Of a stretch of DNA of 64,000 nt, positions 32,155 through 39,610 are shown in pieces (the stretch's first letter is position 1; each line of letters opens with the position of its first letter). Below the pieces are notes generated by a model. The model was not told where the DNA came from and searched no databases. It was given only the letters and a program-made list of their open reading frames with translations. The DNA lies in contig CAZJZV010000008.1 in the NCBI GenBank assembly GCA_964550635.1, positions 691-64,690 of the forward strand, in the 5' to 3' direction. Origin of the DNA: an uncultured Bacteroidaceae bacterium. Its GTDB lineage: Bacteria > Bacillota > Clostridia > Christensenellales > CAG-917. Position numbers and translations under genes: made by a program.

Positions 32155-32796
32155 ATGGCAAAGAAAACCCCAAGGATCGAACGTAAGGCAGTTTATGAAA
32201 CCAACGTCGTTACGTTGTGTCGCGACCGTTATAAAGACAAACTCGACGAAGTCAATGCCGAACTCGAACGCGATAATGCTCAATTGAAAGTTTGTTTGGA
32301 GAAAGGTAAACTCTCAACCGACGAAGAAGAGAAGCGCGCGCTCGCACGCGAAGTGAAGAAGATTCGCGATAAAATCGAAATATTCAAAGGCAATGAATTT
32401 ATGTTCCGCGAAACCGTCGATCTTTTCGACAAGTTGGTTGATATCTTGGATTCGTTGATGATGAGAGAACAATATAGAATCATCGTCCGCAAAATTCCCG
32501 AGAAGAAATTGCCCGATCTCGTCAGAGATCTAAAGCGCGAAAAACTTAACGAACTCTTGATGGAACTCATCAGAGTGCTTGACGTGGCAAACAAAAAGTC
32601 AATGCTTTCGTCAAAAGAATTGAAAGAACAATTGCATACACGCGATATCGAAAATGCAAATTTCATGGAACGCAATGCACCCAACGAGGATGACATTGAC
32701 GCAATCATGGCGGAATTTGAATCGGATACCGCAACCGTTACGGCGACCGTTGTGAATGAAACGAGCAACGTGAACAACGTCGTAAATAATAACTAA
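32155..32796 (+). CDS. ESCRT-III superfamily-like (Snf7/PspA-like) helical protein, paralogue 1
   Basis: 213 aa and predicted all-helical. It has a basic N-terminus (MAKKTPRIERK) and an acidic C-terminus with NEDDIDAIMAEFESD. That tail resembles the Snf7-family acidic tail and the E. coli PspA segment LDEAMARFESFE (recalled from memory). AAGGAG RBS. Confidence 0.45.
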   Translation: MAKKTPRIERKAVYETNVVTLCRDRYKDKLDEVNAELERDNAQLKVCLEKGKLSTDEEEKRALAREVKKIRDKIEIFKGNEFMFRETVDLFDKLVDILDSLMMREQYRIIVRKIPEKKLPDLVRDLKREKLNELLMELIRVLDVANKKSMLSSKELKEQLHTRDIENANFMERNAPNEDDIDAIMAEFESDTATVTATVVNETSNVNNVVNNN

Positions 32797-32822
32797 AAAA
32801 TAATTAAGTGGAGGAATACACT

Positions 32823-33458
32823 ATGAGCAAAATCGACAAAGAACTCAAAAAAGAAGAAACCATCGCAAAGAGTTTGGCTACCATCATCGAGGCACGCGAA
32901 TCCGTTGAAAGCCTTGTGAAACAATACGACGAGTGGATCGACCAAGCGTTTGAACTCGGCGAAACGGAATATAGCGATCAACTCATCGCAGACCAAGTCG
33001 AGCTCGAAGAATTTTCGCGCAATCTTTCGTTCGTCGAAGTGAGAATTCGCGAATCCGCAGTGAGCGCAAGAGCTTTCGGAAAACTCAAATGCTTGCCCAA
33101 CGCGATGAAGTGCTGCAAGGATTTGTCCAGTGGTCTCAATCTTCCCAAAATCGGAAAGGATATGGTTGCATTCAGAAAATCTCTTGATAATGCACGCGCA
33201 TCTCTCAAAGATTTGAGAAGCGAAATGTCCGCCGACGACAAGTTCAGTAAGCTTGTGTTGAACGAAAAACTCGGCAGGAAGATTGATTCCAAAACGGCTC
33301 AAGCAATCGAACAAAAGAAACTTGCTCGCGAAGGACGCCTTGCACAAAAAGTTAGCAACAATTCGGTTGCTCCCGTCGCTTCCGGTATCGGAGCGGACGT
33401 TTCCGCAGGTATCGACGCTATCACCGCAATGATAGACGAAGAAAACAAGAAAAACTAA
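32823..33458 (+). CDS. ESCRT-III-like (CHMP2/Vps2-like) helical protein, paralogue 2
   Basis: 211 aa. ATG 32823 follows GGAGG. The segment AMKCCKDLSSGLNLPKIGKDMVAFRKSLDNA parallels human CHMP2A AMKGVTKAMGTMNRQLKLPQIQKIMMEFERQAE (recalled from memory). The C-terminal GIDAITAMIDEE helix is similar to the tail of paralogue 1. Confidence 0.55.
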   Translation: MSKIDKELKKEETIAKSLATIIEARESVESLVKQYDEWIDQAFELGETEYSDQLIADQVELEEFSRNLSFVEVRIRESAVSARAFGKLKCLPNAMKCCKDLSSGLNLPKIGKDMVAFRKSLDNARASLKDLRSEMSADDKFSKLVLNEKLGRKIDSKTAQAIEQKKLAREGRLAQKVSNNSVAPVASGIGADVSAGIDAITAMIDEENKKN

Positions 33459-33478
33459 CCTGACGAGGAAGAACAAAG

Positions 33479-34753
33479 ATGGCAGATTCAATCAAAGAGT
33501 CCTACGTAGCACTCATTGAAATCTATAATCAACATCGCACTTTGGGGGACAGTGCATCCGCTTTGCGCATTGCAAACGAGATCATCAAAATCGCAAGATC
33601 TCAATGCGCAAGAGACGATCTTCCGAAGCAAGTGAAAGATTACTATGCGTCAAGTTCCACGCCCATCAAAGAGTGGGTTGCGGGCATGAACGTTGCGCCG
33701 TTGCAACAAAAGTCGAATGCAAACAATCCGTCCGAAGACAAAATAAAGTCTACGGACTGGTTCGGCGCGGATATACCCAAACTCACTTTGCGCGACGTAG
33801 CAGGATTGCAACCGCTCAAAGACGAGTTCACCGTGAACGTCTTGGCGCCTATGTCTCCAAAATATGCTCCTATCTATCGGAAGTATAGAAAGGAAGTCGG
33901 CTTGCAAATCTTGATGTACGGCCCTCCGGGATGCGGAAAAACGCATATCGTCAAGTGCTTGGCGGGTACTCTCGGTTGCAAAATCGCGGTCGTTCAAGTG
34001 AAAGACGTCATGGCGAATCTCGTCGGCGACGGCGCGAAAATCATAGCGGAGATATTCGAACAAGCCAAAAAGTTCGACAAATGTATCATATTCTTCGATG
34101 AAATCGATGCAATCGCCGCAAGCCGTGACGACGACGAAAGTCGCCATACGAAAGAGCAGTTGACGACGTTGCTCACGAATATGGACGGGTTCACTTCATC
34201 CACGAAACCCAATCAAATTCGTATCATCATCGCGGCAACCAATCGTCCGTGGGTACTCGATAGCGCGGTTAAGCGCGGTGGACGTTTCGACACTCAAATC
34301 TACGTCCCGCTCCCCGATTTCGAGGCGCGTGCAAGACTTATCGAGCTTGCTCTCGGGAAGGACGAGAAAGTCAAAGACCGTATCGACGTCCCCTGCGACG
34401 ACGACGTGACTATTGAATGGCTTGCAGAGCGATTTGAGGGCTATTCGGGCGGCGATATTAAGGCGATCTGCAAACAGATTATCAACAGACCGCTCAAACG
34501 TGAAATCGACGCATTGCGCACAACCGGTCAGGTTGTGAGCGATCGTATAACTCGGGAAGATTGCGAGTTCGTGATGAAACGCTACATCAATTCTATCACC
34601 GACGAAATGTTGTTCAGTTACGACGCCTACGCCGCCAATATGGACCTTGCAGAATATCTTGCGCTTTACGAGCAAAAGGCAAGAGAAGACGAGGCAAACG
34701 GTATTCCGCTTCCTGCGCACGTGCAACGTTGGCTCGACGATATGGACAACTAA
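33479..34753 (+). CDS. Vps4-like (meiotic-clade) AAA ATPase with N-terminal MIT-like helical domain
   Basis: Walker A GPPGCGKT and Walker B [37 protein letters not shown] is nearly identical in pattern to Vps4 [37 protein letters not shown] is also present. The N-terminal roughly 75 aa is helical with no TM. Confidence 0.8.
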   Translation: [424 protein letters not shown]

Positions 34754-34763
34754 AACGTACCTG

Positions 34764-35705
34764 ATGGGAACGAACTTTGACCAAAAACTGAAAAACGCTT
34801 ACGTTGCGGCAAAATCGTACGCGACGCGCGGAGATGCAGTAAACGCACGAAATTGCGTGCTTGAATGCATGGAGTCTTTGCTTGAATTGTACAAAATCAC
34901 AAAGAGTCCGTCCGAGCGTGCAAAGATATACGCCAAAGTTGTCGAGTTCAAAAATATTTCTTCCGAACTCTACAAGAACGGCGTGAACCAAAAGGTTAAA
35001 GCGTGGTTTTGCATTGCGGAAACCGCCAAGAAAGAAGCGCCGACCGAAAATAAGCGCGGTGCGACTTCGGACGATATGCTTTGGACGGAAAAGGTTTTTC
35101 GCAACAACTGTTCGTCCGTAATGTCAATCCGTTGCTCACTGCGGAACGGTGAGTGCTTTAGCGGGACCGGATTTAGCATATCCGAAAACGGCTATCTGTT
35201 GACGAATCACCATGTGGTGTACGACGAAAACAACGATGAGTATTGCAAAATCATATACGCTACTCCGTTCGGACAGTCGAAATCGTATCAAATAGAATTG
35301 ATCGACGCGGACGAAAAGAACGACGTTGCGCTTTGCAAATACGATCCGACCGAGATGGACGGAGTTACGGCAGTCAAACGCATTGACGACTACGAAAGAG
35401 TGTCTCAAGGTATGGGAGTGTTGTCGATAGGCAACGGACTTTCCATGGGACTTGCTCCGATAAGCGGTATAATCAAGTTCACGAAAGGGACTCTCGTCAC
35501 CACCGTACCGTTGAATAAGGGCGACTCCGGTTCGCCGGTGTTCAACCCCGACGGCGAATGTATCGGCATCAATTGCTCCACTACCGCAGAAGTTATTCGC
35601 GGAAATCACGTATGTGAAGCAGTGGGCATATCCAACGCAACGCCTATGTGCACCATCGATAAACTGCTTGATAAGTGGTGCGCAAAATACGACATACAAT
35701 TATGA
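34764..35705 (+). CDS. MIT-like domain fused to a trypsin-fold (S1/HtrA-like) serine protease
   Basis: The catalytic triad is readable: His in LLTNHHVV, Asp in NDVALCKY, Ser in NKGDSGSPVF. The N-terminal 75 aa (AKSYATRGDAVNARNCVLECMESLLELYKITKSPSERAKIYAKVVEFKNISSELYK) parallels helices 1-3 of the Vps4 MIT domain. Confidence 0.7.
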   Translation: MGTNFDQKLKNAYVAAKSYATRGDAVNARNCVLECMESLLELYKITKSPSERAKIYAKVVEFKNISSELYKNGVNQKVKAWFCIAETAKKEAPTENKRGATSDDMLWTEKVFRNNCSSVMSIRCSLRNGECFSGTGFSISENGYLLTNHHVVYDENNDEYCKIIYATPFGQSKSYQIELIDADEKNDVALCKYDPTEMDGVTAVKRIDDYERVSQGMGVLSIGNGLSMGLAPISGIIKFTKGTLVTTVPLNKGDSGSPVFNPDGECIGINCSTTAEVIRGNHVCEAVGISNATPMCTIDKLLDKWCAKYDIQL

Positions 35706-35712
35706 GGTTAAT

Positions 35713-37308
35713 ATGATACTAGAAAAAATCCGCGACCTATACGTTCAGGCGCGCGAACTAGCAAAAACGGGTAATAATTCCAATAGCCTTATCGTGATAA
35801 ACAATATCACGGAAATTTCTAACTACGTAAAGGAACTTTATGAGCAGAGTACCAATATGGAGCGCATAAAGTGCAGAGCGCAATACGAGGGTTTTGACAA
35901 CGTCGTCAATATCATCAAAGTTTGCGGACTAAAGGATGAAAGAGTAAGGGCGTTTTTCGGGCTTGCACCGTCATCCGCGCACGCTCCGTCGTTCTCCGAT
36001 ATATTGAACGGCAACGTTCCTCAAACACCTCAAAATGCGGGTTCTAACACGGCAAAACCGAGTGCAAACGGTGTTGGCGCACCTGTCGCAAAAAGCAAAA
36101 AGCCCGCCAATCAACCGAAAATCGGCGCCGTTGCATCGGGAGCTGATAGCACTTTCGACGACGGTAAAATAAATCCTAAATACACCCCCGATAGCCTTGA
36201 CGACTTCATAGGTCAAGAGCGTGTGGTTAGGGAACTGAAACGCGAAATCAAAATCGCGAAAACAAACGGACGTCATAACCTTGACAATATCCTGTTGTTC
36301 GGCAATCCCGGACTCGGGAAAACCACTCTTATGAAATTGATTGCGGCGGAGTTGGGCGCGGAATACGAGCCTTTCGACTGCTCGCAAATGGGCAACACGC
36401 AACAAACGTTGAAGAAGATGCAAAGCTTTCTCATCCGCGTGTCCAAAATCAATAAGCCCGTCGTCATCGCATTCGATGAAATACATATGTTGAGTCGCGA
36501 ATTGCAGTCCGCACTTTTGACATTGCTCAACGATAGAGTGTTCGTGTCGCCGCCCGACTTGAACGGTAATATCAAACGAATACCGATTGAAAACTTCACT
36601 TTCATCGGCGCGACGACCAACGACGAAGGCGTCCTGCCCACGATAAAGAACCGTTGCTTGGGACTCACGTTCCAACTTGTCGACTACACGAACGACGAGC
36701 TCAAACGTATATATAGGAATAAGGTCGCGTCCAAGGGCTTGACCATATCCGACGACGCAATCGAAGTTTGTATTCCGAGAAGTCGCGGTGCAATCCGCTA
36801 CGTCAATTCCTTTGTCGACGGACTCGATAAGGCGCTCTATAACGACGACGGTATGCGTACCTCCTTCCATATCGACCTCGACGTCGCTCTCGCATACTTT
36901 GAGAAGAAAGGCATCGACCCCATGGGGCTCACCGATAAGGACCTTGAAATCCTGCATACCCTCGAAGAAACGGACGGTATGGGCGTGGATGTTCTCGCCG
37001 CAAGAGTCGGCTTGGATTCGAAAAAGTATCAATCAGAGTACGAAAAATATCTCATCAAGATAGGGTTCATCGACGTGAACGGCAAAGGTCGCACTCTTAC
37101 GGATAGAGCATTGCGCTATCTCAACGCAACGGGCGGGGATGATGACGGCGAAGTCGCACCCGATTGCCCCGACGAAACCGACAACAACGGCGGTTGCGAC
37201 GATTCTACCATCGACACAACCCCCGAAACGGCCGAACAAGATCAACCAGAAACCTCTTCGGACAACGACGTCCCGAAAGACATCATCGACGACCTATTCG
37301 GCGACTAA
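35713..37308 (+). CDS. MIT-like domain fused to a RuvB-type AAA+ ATPase with an acidic C-terminal tail
   Basis: FIGQERVVRELKREIKIAK...ILLFGNPGLGKTTL (compare RuvB FIGQE...LL.GPPGLGKTTLA), Walker B VIAFDEIHML and sensor FIGATTN. The winged-helix C-domain (GLTDKDLEILHTLEE...YEKYLIKIGFIDVNGKGRTLTDRALRYL) follows the RuvB domain III pattern. The N-terminal 70 aa is helical and MIT-like. The tail ends ...DVPKDIIDDLFGD. Confidence 0.7.
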   Translation: MILEKIRDLYVQARELAKTGNNSNSLIVINNITEISNYVKELYEQSTNMERIKCRAQYEGFDNVVNIIKVCGLKDERVRAFFGLAPSSAHAPSFSDILNGNVPQTPQNAGSNTAKPSANGVGAPVAKSKKPANQPKIGAVASGADSTFDDGKINPKYTPDSLDDFIGQERVVRELKREIKIAKTNGRHNLDNILLFGNPGLGKTTLMKLIAAELGAEYEPFDCSQMGNTQQTLKKMQSFLIRVSKINKPVVIAFDEIHMLSRELQSALLTLLNDRVFVSPPDLNGNIKRIPIENFTFIGATTNDEGVLPTIKNRCLGLTFQLVDYTNDELKRIYRNKVASKGLTISDDAIEVCIPRSRGAIRYVNSFVDGLDKALYNDDGMRTSFHIDLDVALAYFEKKGIDPMGLTDKDLEILHTLEETDGMGVDVLAARVGLDSKKYQSEYEKYLIKIGFIDVNGKGRTLTDRALRYLNATGGDDDGEVAPDCPDETDNNGGCDDSTIDTTPETAEQDQPETSSDNDVPKDIIDDLFGD

Positions 37309-37331
37309 AAAACCAAAGGGAGAGATTACAA

Positions 37332-38147
37332 ATGAAACAAACTAAAATCAGAACAAAAATCGACTTGTTGAAAGCACTCGACAACCTTACAAAAGTCGAT
37401 AACGAGTATTTGCCTGTCAATTCAGACAAGTATAAAAAAGTGAAAGAACACAAAGATCTGATACAACTTATCGCTACCGGTTTGCCAAAAACGGCGGATA
37501 TAAGCGATTTGAGTTCGCTTGACTTCGGCGAGCAGTCGCTTGAAGAATACGTAAAAAACAACAGCGTCGAAACAGTCGAAAAAAGGCTCATCTCGATTGA
37601 GAGCGACATAAACACAAGAACGTCGCAATATGCCAATACGTATTTTGAAAAAAAAGAAGCTGATAAAAAGAAAGAAGACGTTGTAATTTTTGGCGAAGAT
37701 CTTATTGAGGTTTATGATACAATGCAAAGTCGGAACCATAAGAGGCTCATTGCCTTTGCCGTAGTTTTCATAGTATCCTCTGTAATTTTCGCGGCGGCGG
37801 CAATATGCTTGTTGATTGATTCAATAAAATGTTTTTTGGGAGAGAGCGGAGTGACGATTTGTTCCGCTATTTGCACCGTCGCAGGTGTGGCAGATTTTAT
37901 AAACGGTGGAGCGTTTTCTGTATATGAACGCATTGATGACAAGAAAAAGACCAAGGTCAACAATGAAGCCGCAAAATCATTAAAAACTAAAAACCCCGCT
38001 ATTGCTTTTAGGGAAGTAAAGAATAGTATTATTATTGACGGCAAAGCGTGCGGTGTTATTATTAATAAAACGGTGAACAATGGAGGGGAAAATACAAATG
38101 AAAATAATGAAAAAACTGGGCAAGATATTTCCACAACGAAAGAATAA
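37332..38147 (+). CDS. membrane protein with a central 2-TM hairpin, function unknown
   Basis: ATG 37332 follows AAGGGAGAG. 271 aa with a helical N-domain, then LIAFAVVFIVSSVIFAAAAICLLI and VTICSAICTVAGVADFINGGAF. No family recognised. Confidence 0.55.
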   Translation: MKQTKIRTKIDLLKALDNLTKVDNEYLPVNSDKYKKVKEHKDLIQLIATGLPKTADISDLSSLDFGEQSLEEYVKNNSVETVEKRLISIESDINTRTSQYANTYFEKKEADKKKEDVVIFGEDLIEVYDTMQSRNHKRLIAFAVVFIVSSVIFAAAAICLLIDSIKCFLGESGVTICSAICTVAGVADFINGGAFSVYERIDDKKKTKVNNEAAKSLKTKNPAIAFREVKNSIIIDGKACGVIINKTVNNGGENTNENNEKTGQDISTTKE

Positions 38148-39597
38148 GAAGACGGAAGTTGAGTCTGCACAACAGGATAAAAATCTAGTTGGCGGTGAAG
38201 ATAACGGCATCACTTTGAATGCGGTAGACACAGCGCAAACGAATGACGACTACTCTTGTCTTCGTCAGGTTGAAGATTATCAAGACGACCAATCAATAAG
38301 CGAAAGCGATAAAAAAACTGACGGCGTCGCAGATTTTTCTATAGTCGATGACTCTACTGCTACTTTGGATGATGAACAACAAACTGATAGAAATACACAA
38401 GCAGCAAATAGCAGGTCGAAAGAAAACAACAAAGAGAACTCGTCATCACAGCCCAGCAATAATTCTAATGGTGACATTACTAATAGTGTTGTAATAGGGG
38501 GCAACCTCTTTGGATTGGCGCTGAATATTGTTCGAAATGGTGTTTCTAAACTGTGGGTAAAAAATAAAATTAAAGAGTCGGATAAGAAGAACGAAGTTGA
38601 GCGTGCGAAGCTTGAGACTCGAATAGATAAATATTTGCTTATTAAAATTGCGGAGAGCAAAGAAGAAATAATAAAAGAAATCAAGGGTGAATTAGATCAG
38701 CAAATAAAACACCATAATGATTTTGAGTCGGCAATTAAAGCGACGGTTGCTAATCTGTCGGATGCTTGGGGAAGATTTTCTGACGACATAATAAAACGAC
38801 TTGAAAAAGTCGAAAATTTGGATTCTCAAGTTGCTAACGCAAGTAAAATCTTAGAAGAGCACAAAGTAAGAATTGATGCATTAGAAGGTCGGCAAATAGA
38901 ATTCATGGAATATGCAATGGATTATATTAATTCATTGAAAAATTCTTTGGAAGAAGTCAGCAATAAAACTAACGAACTAGAAGAGGAAGTAAGACGATTA
39001 AAAGAAGAACTGGAACGGATAAAAAAACTTATCTCGTCGCAAAAGCTCGACCCTCGCTATGAAATTTGCCCTCGATGCGGATCATACCATTCGTTTGACA
39101 CATACAAAAGAGGTGAAGAAGGAGAAAAACCATATTACATATGTGCAGTCTGTGGCCGAAAAGATAATGATGACGAAGATAATATTCAAATTATAAAGGA
39201 CGATAAGAGTATAAATTCGGAACTTCACGTTCTAGCATCATCGGTATTGGATGATTCGATGAACAAACATGGTTTAACGAGTATAAAACGCGTGTTAGTC
39301 AAAAATAATATACAAAAAATTGGCACATCACAAGGTGGGAGCGCAATTAACAAATATTATGGAAAATTGGAGGTTTTTTCTCTCAGCAATCCAAATGAGA
39401 AAGGTGAACCACATTATACATTGGGCAAAGGGCTGTTTGATTTTAGCAATAATCGGAAATGGATAAAACTATATGGAATGAAGTATGTGAAAACAATTGA
39501 AGACGGATGTTTTAAGGGCATAGAAAGAGGAAAAAGAGAAGCATTTTGGAAAAAATACGGCTTCACACTTAAGCGCGAAGATAAGTATTTTTGCTGA
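38098..39597 (+). CDS. coiled-coil protein with zinc-ribbon (CxxC...CxxC) and C-terminal globular domain, function unknown
   Basis: ATG 38098 lies 9 nt after GGAGGGG and overlaps the previous gene by about 50 nt. It has an acidic, low-complexity N-region and a long heptad-like stretch (LEEVSNKTNELEEEVRRLKEELERIKKL). The zinc ribbon reads CPRCGSYH...CAVCGRKD. The C-terminus is faintly LRR_5/BspA-like. Confidence 0.5.
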   Translation: MKIMKKLGKIFPQRKNKKTEVESAQQDKNLVGGEDNGITLNAVDTAQTNDDYSCLRQVEDYQDDQSISESDKKTDGVADFSIVDDSTATLDDEQQTDRNTQAANSRSKENNKENSSSQPSNNSNGDITNSVVIGGNLFGLALNIVRNGVSKLWVKNKIKESDKKNEVERAKLETRIDKYLLIKIAESKEEIIKEIKGELDQQIKHHNDFESAIKATVANLSDAWGRFSDDIIKRLEKVENLDSQVANASKILEEHKVRIDALEGRQIEFMEYAMDYINSLKNSLEEVSNKTNELEEEVRRLKEELERIKKLISSQKLDPRYEICPRCGSYHSFDTYKRGEEGEKPYYICAVCGRKDNDDEDNIQIIKDDKSINSELHVLASSVLDDSMNKHGLTSIKRVLVKNNIQKIGTSQGGSAINKYYGKLEVFSLSNPNEKGEPHYTLGKGLFDFSNNRKWIKLYGMKYVKTIEDGCFKGIERGKREAFWKKYGFTLKREDKYFC

Positions 39598-39610
39598 TTA
39601 AGGAGGAAAT

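Noticed and set aside
35971-37032. 353-aa minus-strand ORF inside the ESCRT-like operon
   Set aside because: It is antisense to the RuvB-like gene, whose Walker A/B, sensor and winged-helix motifs are all in the plus frame. The composition is shadow-like.
38098-39597. Coiled-coil/zinc-ribbon protein as the missing DnaJ co-chaperone of the Hsp70-like protein
   Set aside because: It has no J-domain HPD motif. The two CxxC pairs read CxxCG, not the DnaJ CxxCxGxG repeat, and occur only once. The call is left as unknown.
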